Assembly (NCBI GenBank): GCA_937899275.1
Contig: CALBPE010000025.1
Coordinates: 1-33,752, forward strand
Direction of reading: 5' to 3'
DNA length: 33,752 bases
Source: an uncultured Chlamydiae bacterium
GTDB taxonomy: Bacteria > Chlamydiota > Chlamydiia > Chlamydiales > SM23-39
Part shown: positions 19,144-27,762 of the stretch, piece after piece
How the letters are laid out: the number at the start of each line of letters is the position of its first letter
Position numbering within the stretch: the stretch's first letter is position 1
The notes under the pieces: generated by a model
Seen by the model: the letters and a program-made list of their open reading frames with translations, nothing else
Databases searched by the model: none
Told to the model about the DNA's origin: nothing
Position numbers and translations under genes: made by a program

Positions 19144-19308
19144 AAATACTTTAGTTAATTAAACAATCATTTTAACAATTCTAAATTAGTTTGTCTAGGA
19201 AACTGAATAGATCGTAGTATATATATTTTCTTTTAAAATATGCAAAAGAATTTCGTTGATTTCTGAAAAGAATCCGTTTTATAGTATTTAGAACTAAAAG
19301 GAGAAATT

Positions 19309-19692
19309 ATGTCCGCAGCTTCTGTTTTACCTCGCATCAAACAAGACCTTAAACTTTGTTACTCCTTTCCAGAGGTGATCGATGCGCTTCCAGAAGAAGT
19401 CTTTTACAGCGTAGAGCAGTCCCTAAAAGAAGATCCCCTTCTTAGTGAATGCAGATCCGCCTTAACGCTGACAAGAGGATCTTTTGTTTTGAAGATCCGG
19501 CATAAAAAAAGTAAGGAACAGATCGGAATCTACTTTGATAGAAGAAAGATCCGATTTCGTATGCCAAGGGATGCAAAACCAAAGCACTTCGAAAAAATCA
19601 TGCAAGCGCTGCAAAACGACGAAGATTTAAGTATGCTGATCGATATTTTGCAGAAAAAACATAAAGAGTATGCTCTTGTAATCAATAGCTAA
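19309..19692 (+). CDS. Hypothetical protein
   Basis: 127-aa ORF with AGGAG upstream, filling the gap between the flanking genes. No recognised motif. Confidence 0.65.
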   Translation: MSAASVLPRIKQDLKLCYSFPEVIDALPEEVFYSVEQSLKEDPLLSECRSALTLTRGSFVLKIRHKKSKEQIGIYFDRRKIRFRMPRDAKPKHFEKIMQALQNDEDLSMLIDILQKKHKEYALVINS

Positions 19693-19753
19693 CGATTCTT
19701 GTCTATCGTAAAAAACGCATTTTTTGCTACTCTTTTCGAAAAATTAACCCTGT

Positions 19754-21139
19754 ATGACCCTGTCTATGTATTTACTGCAATCTTACGCTTTTCAAGAGCT
19801 GGAAAATCTATCTTTTTCCTATTTTCATCTTTGTACTCTCGTCATTTTTTTTCTGGCAATAGTACACACATTTCTCGCAGGAAAAATCACCAAATTAGCT
19901 GATCGTTATGAAGATCTTCGTGCGGAAAAAAAGCGGGAAAAACGTTCGCCTGAGCTACGCTCTTTTTGGGCCGAGATTCTGTATTTCTTCGGAGAAGTAG
20001 AAATCATTTTTGGACTCTGGGTTATCCCTTTATTCTTTTGTATCGTTGGGTTTTACAACTGGCAAACCGCAATACAATACATCAATACAAGAAATTATAC
20101 AGAGCCTTTATTTGTGGTTGTGATTATGGCTCTTACTTCCACAAAGCCTATTGTACAACTAGCAGAAAATGTGATGCAAAAAGGGGCGAACCTTTTTGGC
20201 GGCACGATTCAAGGCTGGTGGTTTGTTATTCTGGCGCTAGGCCCTTTAACTGGATCTTTTATTACAGAAGCAGGCGCTATGACTTTATCTGCCATGCTCT
20301 TATCGAGGCAGTTTTTTTGCCATAATCCCTCTAGAAAGCTTGCTTACGCTACAGTAGGTCTTCTTTTTGTCAACGTTTCTGTAGGTGGAGTTCTCACCAA
20401 CTTTGCAGCGCCTCCTGTACTTATTATCGCAAGATCTTGGAACTGGAGCTCTTTATTTATGCTGCAAAATTTTGGACTAAAAGCGATCCTAGGAGTCCTC
20501 ATTTCTACAGCGGTTTATTGGGCATTTTTCCGAAAAGAATTTGCTTCCATGCAGAAAGGACTACAAGAAGCGGAAACACAAGCGGTAGAAAAACCGCAAA
20601 AAACACCTCTTTGGATTACCTCTACGCATATCTTTTTTGTGGTATGGACCGTAGTCAACGCCCATTATCCAGCAATCTTTATTGCAGGCCTTTTGTTTTT
20701 CTTAGGATTTATGCGAGCAACTAAGCCGTATCAAGACGAGGCGAATATACGCTCTCCAATCTTGGTGGGATTTTTCTTGGCAGGGCTAATTATTCATGGA
20801 GGTTTGCAAGGTTGGTGGGTTGTTCCTTTAATTAGCAGCTTTACCGAATCTGGTGTGATGTTACTTGGGGTATTTCTCACAGCATTCAACGACAATGCAG
20901 CTGTCGCTTATTTAACCTCTTTGATTCCCAATGCAAGTCCCCTTTTCCGTTATTCTGTGATATCAGGTGTTGTCACAGGTGGAGGCCTTACCGTCCTTGC
21001 TAACGCCCCGAATCCAGCAGGTTACGTCATCTTACAAAAGCATTTTAAAGAAGGTATTGCACCTATTCCGCTTTTTCTAGCAGCGTTTTTTCCAACGCTT
21101 GTATTTTTTAGCCTATTTTTCCTCCGCTTTATGAGCTGA
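19754..21139 (+). CDS. Putative Na+/H+ antiporter (DUF1504-type) membrane protein
   Basis: AIVHTF, GEVEIIFGLW, TEPLFVVVIM, GSFITE, LFVNVSVGG.LT.FAAPPVL, LTAFNDNAA, GGGLTVLANAPNPAG. Confidence 0.88.
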   Translation: MTLSMYLLQSYAFQELENLSFSYFHLCTLVIFFLAIVHTFLAGKITKLADRYEDLRAEKKREKRSPELRSFWAEILYFFGEVEIIFGLWVIPLFFCIVGFYNWQTAIQYINTRNYTEPLFVVVIMALTSTKPIVQLAENVMQKGANLFGGTIQGWWFVILALGPLTGSFITEAGAMTLSAMLLSRQFFCHNPSRKLAYATVGLLFVNVSVGGVLTNFAAPPVLIIARSWNWSSLFMLQNFGLKAILGVLISTAVYWAFFRKEFASMQKGLQEAETQAVEKPQKTPLWITSTHIFFVVWTVVNAHYPAIFIAGLLFFLGFMRATKPYQDEANIRSPILVGFFLAGLIIHGGLQGWWVVPLISSFTESGVMLLGVFLTAFNDNAAVAYLTSLIPNASPLFRYSVISGVVTGGGLTVLANAPNPAGYVILQKHFKEGIAPIPLFLAAFFPTLVFFSLFFLRFMS

Positions 21140-21145
21140 TCTTGC

Positions 21146-22321
21146 ATGTATAGACAAGTGCTTTCTGGATCTTTATTCATTGTAGGTACAGCCGTCGGCG
21201 CTGGAATGCTCGGCATTCCTTTGGTGACAAGTAGTGCAGGGTTTTTACCTGCTTTATTCATCAGCGGCTTGATTGCAATTTTTATGGCAATTACAGGCCT
21301 TCTTCTTTTAGAGGCGGTATTAGCGGCTCCTGATGGCTCCAATATTTTATCCATCGCGCACCTTAGCTTTGGTAAAATGGGTCAAGTGCTCTCAGGAATC
21401 CCCTTTTTATTTTTGTACTACTGTTTACTATGCGCCTATTTTACGGCAGCATCTTCGTTAATGTTAGATGGATGGCAGGCTATATTTGGCTATAGCTTAC
21501 CCGCTTTTGGGGCGAATATAGCTTTTCTGATGATTTTTGGATCGATCTTATCTTTTGGCATGAAGTGGATTGAGCGCTTTAACTTATTTGCGATCCTACT
21601 TATGGCGGTATCCTATTTTTTCGTCTTGTATTTAGGCAGTGCAGAAATCTCTTTTACAAGGCTTGGAAAAGCAAATATGCAAGCAAGCTTTTGGGCTACT
21701 CCGATTTTGTTTAGCGCCTTTGGATATCATAATATCATCCCCTCTCTAACAGCTTACTTTAAAAAAGATAAAGCAGTGATGCAAAAAGCCATTTGCACCG
21801 GTTGTTTTTGTGTGTTTTTGATCTATGCTTTATGGCAATGTGTGATTTTAGGAGCTGTACCAGAAAATATTTTACATGCGGCAAAAAATGAGCCCCCTTC
21901 CTACCTTATCTCCTACTTACAGCAAAAAGGAACGATCTGGGGCTACCTACTTTCCTTTTTCGCGTTTTTTGCGATTGTGACCTCATTTTTTGGAGTCTCC
22001 ATTTCTATGATGGATTTTTTAGGAGAAGCCCTTGGAAAAAAGCAAATCGGTAAGGACCGGTTCTTAATTGCTTCGTTAACCTTAGCTCCGCCTCTTATGG
22101 TCTCGGCTGTTGATCCTAGGATTTTTATTCGGGCTTTAGAGCTAGCCGGAGGATTTGGAGAATCAATATTAAATGGGATACTCCCCGTGCTATTTGTGTT
22201 TTTTGCAAAAACAAAGATAGCGTCTAAGGGACTGTTGCATCACAAAGGGTTTTTACTTTTGTGCTTCTTATTTGCGTTATCGGTATTTTTTCTAGAAATT
22301 GTGGGAATCATGAGCGGCTAA
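21146..22321 (+). CDS. tyrP: Aromatic amino acid permease (HAAAP; TyrP/Mtr family)
   Basis: GTAVGAGMLGIP, FGYHNIIPSL, AIVTSFFGV, F..AL..AGGFG..ILNGILP. Confidence 0.85.
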   Translation: MYRQVLSGSLFIVGTAVGAGMLGIPLVTSSAGFLPALFISGLIAIFMAITGLLLLEAVLAAPDGSNILSIAHLSFGKMGQVLSGIPFLFLYYCLLCAYFTAASSLMLDGWQAIFGYSLPAFGANIAFLMIFGSILSFGMKWIERFNLFAILLMAVSYFFVLYLGSAEISFTRLGKANMQASFWATPILFSAFGYHNIIPSLTAYFKKDKAVMQKAICTGCFCVFLIYALWQCVILGAVPENILHAAKNEPPSYLISYLQQKGTIWGYLLSFFAFFAIVTSFFGVSISMMDFLGEALGKKQIGKDRFLIASLTLAPPLMVSAVDPRIFIRALELAGGFGESILNGILPVLFVFFAKTKIASKGLLHHKGFLLLCFLFALSVFFLEIVGIMSG

Positions 22322-22333
22322 AGTAGCCGCTCA
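22311..22333. terminator. Candidate bidirectional terminator hairpin between convergent genes
   Basis: TGAGCGGCTA-AAG-TAGCCGCTCA is a perfect 10-bp stem overlapping the permease stop. The U-tract is weak. Confidence 0.55.
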
Positions 22334-22340
22334 AAGCGTC

Positions 22341-22550
22341 TTATTTTTTTGAGCAGCAGCGCATTTTAATGCCGTTATGACCTAAAATCAGGTAAACAGC
22401 AGATGCACCTACTAACGTATAAACGATTTTATCGATAAACGTTTTTCCGAAGATAAAGTCGACCAAATTGAATTCAAAAATACCAACAAGGCCCCAGTTT
22501 AAAGCGCCTACTAAGACAAGTAGATAGCAAATCACGTCTAAAGTTTTCAT
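22341..22550 (-). CDS. DUF378-family small membrane protein
   Basis: LVLVGALNWGLVGIFEFNLV..IFG..IVYTLVG.SA, with GGAGG RBS. Confidence 0.9.
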   Translation of the reverse strand: MKTLDVICYLLVLVGALNWGLVGIFEFNLVDFIFGKTFIDKIVYTLVGASAVYLILGHNGIKMRCCSKK

Positions 22551-22676
22551 AGAAATATATCCTCCTGATACAGTTGCGATCTATCCCTACAACTATAGTA
22601 AAAATTTTATATTTGCAAATAGAAAAAACGTAGAAGCTTAGCGCTGCTGCGGCACAAGCTCATCGAAAAAGGGGGT

Positions 22677-23540
22677 TTAGGCTTCTTGAAGGATCTTTTT
22701 TAAGCTAGCTAAAATCGACTCCTCTTTTTTGAGGAAAGCAGCATTGGTATTTTTTCGAGGAAGGCTAGTGTCAAGCTGTTTTATCGACTCAAGAGCTTCG
22801 AAATTTTGGCTATTTCGCTCTTTTTGGTCTTTGAGACGTTGCATTTCTAATCTACAATCAAGAATATTTGTTTCTTGATCTTTAGTGATAAAGCCGCGGG
22901 CTTCAAGTTGAGATAAATTCCAATGATCGGGCGAGGAGGTGTCTGCAATCAGAAATTTCGACTCTAAGCCTTCAATGCTCTGTTTAAAGCGGGCTTTGTC
23001 TGCAGCCTCGACAGTAGGAATTTTGTAAATGTCTTGATAAGTGGATTTAGCAGCAGCCGATTCAATATTTGCGGCTAACTTTAGAATTTCTCTGGTAGAC
23101 AATGATTTTATCTGTTTATTAAACTCTAAACGAAATGCCTCCTCATCTTCATAAAGGTTATAGAGAACGGCGTTTTCACCATACTGATTCCAGATCTGCT
23201 GTAAAGAAAGTTTTTTGACCTGTTTACGGGCTAATTCTAATTCTTCTGGACGACTGAAGTCGATGAGTTTTTTGGCGCTATTTACACAAAGCAGAGTTAG
23301 AGCAAAAAAGAGCCCAGAAATCACCACACTTCCCACATTGACTACGAGAGCTGCCCAAAGAGAGCCTACTGCTAAAGCAGTAGATAAAAAAGCTAAAGCA
23401 TATAAAGCGCATTTTTGGATGCGTAGCTGCTTTGGCGAAATGGTATTTCTAGTAGAAGCTGCTCCCGAAGGCGGGCTACCGCCAAGCATGCTTCCACGAT
23501 TAGTAACTGTCGATATTGTCATAAACTCTTCGATTTTCAT
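22677..23540 (-). CDS. Candidate inclusion-membrane (Inc-like) protein
   Basis: S/T/G/P-rich N-terminus, a ~45-aa bilobed hydrophobic segment (CALYALAFLSTALAVGSLWAALVVNVGSVVISGLFFALTLLCV) and a charged helical C-terminus. Confidence 0.6.
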   Translation of the reverse strand: MKIEEFMTISTVTNRGSMLGGSPPSGAASTRNTISPKQLRIQKCALYALAFLSTALAVGSLWAALVVNVGSVVISGLFFALTLLCVNSAKKLIDFSRPEELELARKQVKKLSLQQIWNQYGENAVLYNLYEDEEAFRLEFNKQIKSLSTREILKLAANIESAAAKSTYQDIYKIPTVEAADKARFKQSIEGLESKFLIADTSSPDHWNLSQLEARGFITKDQETNILDCRLEMQRLKDQKERNSQNFEALESIKQLDTSLPRKNTNAAFLKKEESILASLKKILQEA

Positions 23541-23596
23541 ATATAGTTTACTAGATTTCTATGAAAAAAACAAGAGCCAGCCTGCATGTAAAAAAT

Positions 23597-24214
23597 TCAA
23601 TTAACAGGCGCCTGGTGGGATAAAACGCCTTGTATACCGTATCCATTCAACTCTCTAAGGAGGCGATTTTCCCTGTAAGCATCTTTATCCCTAGGTCGAG
23701 AAACATCTGTTACTAAATAACATAGATAGCCGAGGCCTGCAGCATCGATCATCGATTCTTTGATCGAGCTATCTGCTCCGATTCCGCTAAAAGACAGAGT
23801 ATCGATCCGCCTTTTTTTTAGCTCTTGATCGATAGACGTCGCTTTTTTTCCCTTAGCATCGATAAATGCACTGATGCTATCCACAACTTTTTGTAAGCAT
23901 TTGTAAAAAGTTTTCTTAACAGAAACCGAAGATAAAGCAGCGGTGATTTCTGCTCCGAAAGAACCTTTTACGCAGTGGACGGGATGTAGTTTTTGCACCC
24001 CATAAGAAAGGGCCATTTCCTCTCCGGGGCGCCTGCCATGATTCAGGGCAAAACTCACGTGATCTGCTGGATGACAATCTTGCACGGCATAAATCCAAGA
24101 AAACTTGGAAGCAAGCTTCTGCATCGGCTCAATGATCTCCTCTACACCAAGTAGAGGAAACGAGCCTGAAGACATAAAATCATTTTGCATATCAAAGATG
24201 AGTAAAGCGTTCAT
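23597..24214 (-). CDS. Isochorismatase/nicotinamidase (PncA-like) family protein with degenerate active site
   Basis: ALLIFDMQNDF, QDCHPADHVSFA, PVHCV..GA. The expected G(L/I)ATDYCV appears as GIGADSSI. Confidence 0.8.
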   Translation of the reverse strand: MNALLIFDMQNDFMSSGSFPLLGVEEIIEPMQKLASKFSWIYAVQDCHPADHVSFALNHGRRPGEEMALSYGVQKLHPVHCVKGSFGAEITAALSSVSVKKTFYKCLQKVVDSISAFIDAKGKKATSIDQELKKRRIDTLSFSGIGADSSIKESMIDAAGLGYLCYLVTDVSRPRDKDAYRENRLLRELNGYGIQGVLSHQAPVN

Positions 24215-24603
24215 TTGATACCTTGATCCAACAGAGAAATAGGTATATGAGTAGAACGATTTCTACTTTCTTGTTTTTGAAGAAGGCTTTTTTTCCGCTT
24301 TTTCAAAGCGTCGATTTGTTCTTGGACTTTTTTAGCAGCAAGGCGGTTGATTTCTGCCTGCTCCCAATGTTTTTTTGCAATGATGTACTGCCCTTGTTGA
24401 AATTGCAGCCGGTTGGCAGCAGATTCATGACGAAGAGCTTTCGCCTCAAATCCCACTTTCACCTCTTCCAATCTTTCAATTTCTTGATTGATGGTATCTA
24501 TTTCTTGATCAGGATGCACGCCGCTACCTCGAAAAACCTGAAAACCAAGTAAAAATGTTAAAACCATAAGGGAGCAAAGAAGGGGCTTTTTCACCATAAC
24601 CAT
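24211..24603 (-). CDS. Exported or membrane-anchored coiled-coil hypothetical protein
   Basis: N-terminal hydrophobic segment then heptad-rich helices. Its stop overlaps the next gene's start (ATGA). Confidence 0.7.
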   Translation of the reverse strand: MVMVKKPLLCSLMVLTFLLGFQVFRGSGVHPDQEIDTINQEIERLEEVKVGFEAKALRHESAANRLQFQQGQYIIAKKHWEQAEINRLAAKKVQEQIDALKKRKKSLLQKQESRNRSTHIPISLLDQGIK

Positions 24604-24710
24604 CCAACATCATCATCTTTTTTTGCATTAAAACCCCTTCTTCTTTATTCCGCAAGAAGGCAGAAGATACGCCTTGCAATCGAGAGGACCTTCCATATAA
24701 ACTCTTAAGA

Positions 24711-25676
24711 ATGAAATGGTGCTGTTTTTTTCTTATCTTCTCCCCTCTTTTTGCATTTCAATCGATACAAGATGCTTTTGCAGCAGCAGAAAAAGGCCAG
24801 TTTGCTGTCTACCAAAGAGGAAAGATCCTCTCTCTTCTCCATGTAAAAGAAATAAAAGAAACCTCTTTTATTTTAGAAGAAATCACCTGCCCTGCATTCA
24901 TAGCAAAGGGCATGTTTGACTGGAAAAACTGGGTACAAAAAGGAGCTAAAGGCAGCACTTCTTGGGCGGTTTTTGAGATCGACCGCACTACAGGCGAGGT
25001 AATTGAAGCTTTTTCTTACACAAAAAATCTCTTTCTATCTACAACTGCTGCAAATGGTTTTTTATCCACACTTTTTCAGGCGCCTTTAAAGGCGCTTTCT
25101 CAAGAAGAAAGAAGAAAAGTAGGGCCTCCCCCTTTGGAAGGAGATATCGATCGAAGGCCCCTTTGGAATCCCCCCATGATCCTAGATTATGAAGCTAAAC
25201 CCTCTCCTTCTTACTTTGTGGCGAGCAGCGTCTGGCCAGACGACGGCTCATAATTGAGTAAAAAGACAGTAGAGCAGTATTTTTCTTCAACGCGCCGCTT
25301 TCCTTTTCCCTATTGGATACAGGTAAAAGGAAGCTACGGATCTGTATATGCAAAAATCATCAATTCTGGATCTAGTTTTACCTCTCCTTACACCAATTTC
25401 CCTAGAAGAAAACCGCGATTTATCGGCCCTTTAGAAAAAAAAGGTACTACCTATGAAATCCATTTGTTTTGCCCTAAGTATTTTTCCACATTTTCTCTTT
25501 ACTACACAAACGCTGAAAACGCCTTAGTTCCTCTTCACTACGAAAAAATTGCGCAGGAAAAAAACCTTTTTCTACTCAAAATTGATGCGGAAAATCTCGA
25601 TGTAGAAAAGCTGTCTTTAAGTCTATTTCCTAAAGAAAACCCTACATTTTTTTGTACATTTTTTAACGAGTTATGA
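24711..25676 (+). CDS. Conserved chlamydial exported hypothetical protein (resembles the gene next to lepB in Chlamydia), 321 codons, one in-frame TAA
   Basis: Signal peptide, LEEIT.P, GSTSW, RRKVGPPP..DRRPLWNPP. Continues in frame as WPDDGS*LSKK..FPFPYWIQV across TAA 25251-25253. Confidence 0.75.
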
Positions 25677-25809
25677 ACAATCTCTTAATAAATCACTCTA
25701 CCCCCAATTGTTTACTAGGGAAAAACCTTCTTAACCCACTCTAAATAAACAATTTAACGCAGAACACCCTAAACCAACAGAGCCTCTGATTATCAAATAG
25801 TTAAGAAAG

Positions 25810-25829
25810 TTATCAACAAATTTTCCACA
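25810..25829 (+). promoter_or_regulatory. Tandem DnaA-box-like 9-mers
   Basis: TTATCAACA (25810-25818) and TTTTCCACA (25821-25829). Weaker TTATGAACA (25671) and TTATCAAAT (25790). Confidence 0.4.
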
Positions 25830-25874
25830 AAGAATTTTCTAATAATAGCGCTCTTGCCCTGTAGAGGTTTTACC

Positions 25875-25903
25875 TTGAGCTTTTGATCACTTTTTCCTAA
25901 AAT
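25875..25903 (+). promoter_or_regulatory. Candidate sigma66 promoter of lepB
   Basis: TTGAGC-17 nt-TAAAAT, 20 nt upstream of ATG 25924. Confidence 0.5.
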
Positions 25904-25923
25904 GTGAGAAATCATGGATACCT

Positions 25924-27744
25924 ATGCCTTCTTTTACTAAAGCTAAAAAAATTTATCTTCAAGCCTATAATCTGTACAAAAAAAGACGCCATCAATTGTC
26001 TAAATTGGATCAAAAAGAGTTTTCCTCTTCTTTACAGGCTTTACACGAATCGATTACCAATGATCGAAAAGAAGAAGCCAAACTTTTAGCTGGAAGGTTA
26101 GAAGAAAGGCGCAAAAAAATTCTGCCTAAATCATTTTTCCAAAATATTTTTGAACTCAGCTCTTACGTGCTTTTGATGTTCTTTTTTGCGGTCTTATTTC
26201 GTCAGATGTGCTTTGAGCCCTATATGATTCCTACAGGATCGATGAGGCCGACATTTAAAGAAGGTGATCTTGTATTTGTGAATAAAGCTGCTTATTCCTT
26301 AAATGTTCCTCTACAAACCAAGCATTTTTATTTTGATGAAACCGCGATCAAAAGAGGGAGTATCGTAGTATTTAGCTCAGAAAACATGGACATGCAAGAT
26401 AACGACATGCTCTATTTTTACCTTTTTCCTGGAAAAAAACAATTGGTCAAAAGGTTGATTGGTAAACCAGGCGATCTCCTCTATTTTTATGGGGGGGCGC
26501 TATACGGTATTGACGCTGATGGAAAGGAAATCAAAGATTTCCGACTAGATCCCTCATTTGCAAACTTAGAACACATCCCTTTCCTACAATTAGGAGGGAT
26601 GGTCAAGCCAAAAGATCCTACGCAGTCAGGCTATTACCGCACGTCAATTATCTACCAAATGAATCAACCCATTGCCCGGTTATCCCAAAAGTATTTAGGA
26701 AGGATGGAAGGCTCTTTGCTCTCTTTACCTGAAAGGCAAAAAGGCTTAAGTAATTATTATGATCTCTGGGGTATGCAACATTTTGCCAATGCCCGTATTT
26801 TAACAAAAGAGCAGTACAAAAACTTTGGACTAAATCCTGAAGAAACGCCTTCCGACTATTACCTAGAACTCACGCACCACCCCTCTTTTCAAGGGGCCTC
26901 TATGAAAAGCGATATCAGAGGATTTTTGCGTCCCGATTTTGCCTACCAAAAATCGTATATTCCTTTAGATGAATCCAAGCTGAAAACGCTATTTTCCCAT
27001 ATGAATACCGTCCGCTTTGAAATCACAAACGGCCATGCACATGCCTACGGAAGGCAAGCACATCCATTGAGCTCACCTCATATTAAAGGCGCGGTAGATG
27101 GCGTCTATGAGTTTGATCGGGGCGCTTTATACAAAGTGCTTTTTGCAGGAGTTACTACTCCCGTTGAAAAAGACCATCCCTTAGCGAAATATTCTCCAGA
27201 AAATACCCTTCTTTTCTTCAACCTTGGAGTAGAGTTCGACACTCATTACTTGCCCACTTTTTCTGAACAAAGCCTCTATCCATCACGCTACGCCTATTTT
27301 AATGGGGGAGATTTATACCTTTTAGGAAAACCTATTTTCAAAAAAGAAGATCCTCTACTGAAAAAATACGTAGCTGCCGAGGAAAAAAAACCGTTAGGAT
27401 TTATTGATGGAGGTCCTCCTCTACTTGCAGACGGATCACTAGATCGCAAGCTCATTGAGAAATATGGCTTTCAGGTGCCAGAAAAATCTTACTTTGTCTT
27501 AGGTGATAATCATGCGGCATCTGGCGATAGTAGAGTATTTGGTTTTGTGCCCGAAGAAAATTTCAAAGGATCGACTGTCGCAATTTTCTGGCCAACTGGA
27601 GCAAGGTTAGGACCGACTCTACAACCGAGCTCTTCATTTTTTATCCTGCCAAAACTTGTGGTCACTGTGGCAATAGCGCTTGCGTGTCTAGTGATGTATT
27701 TTCGAAATAAACGCAACTGGCAAGCGCCGTTTCAACTAGACTAA
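25924..27744 (+). CDS. lepB: Signal peptidase I (long chlamydial type)
   Basis: Catalytic Ser box IPTGSMRPT, Lys box LVKRLIG, box E YFVLGDN..SGDSRVFGFV. 606 aa with a large insertion. Confidence 0.95.
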   Translation: MPSFTKAKKIYLQAYNLYKKRRHQLSKLDQKEFSSSLQALHESITNDRKEEAKLLAGRLEERRKKILPKSFFQNIFELSSYVLLMFFFAVLFRQMCFEPYMIPTGSMRPTFKEGDLVFVNKAAYSLNVPLQTKHFYFDETAIKRGSIVVFSSENMDMQDNDMLYFYLFPGKKQLVKRLIGKPGDLLYFYGGALYGIDADGKEIKDFRLDPSFANLEHIPFLQLGGMVKPKDPTQSGYYRTSIIYQMNQPIARLSQKYLGRMEGSLLSLPERQKGLSNYYDLWGMQHFANARILTKEQYKNFGLNPEETPSDYYLELTHHPSFQGASMKSDIRGFLRPDFAYQKSYIPLDESKLKTLFSHMNTVRFEITNGHAHAYGRQAHPLSSPHIKGAVDGVYEFDRGALYKVLFAGVTTPVEKDHPLAKYSPENTLLFFNLGVEFDTHYLPTFSEQSLYPSRYAYFNGGDLYLLGKPIFKKEDPLLKKYVAAEEKKPLGFIDGGPPLLADGSLDRKLIEKYGFQVPEKSYFVLGDNHAASGDSRVFGFVPEENFKGSTVAIFWPTGARLGPTLQPSSSFFILPKLVVTVAIALACLVMYFRNKRNWQAPFQLD

Positions 27745-27762
27745 CTTAGCGTTTCGAGGGAA

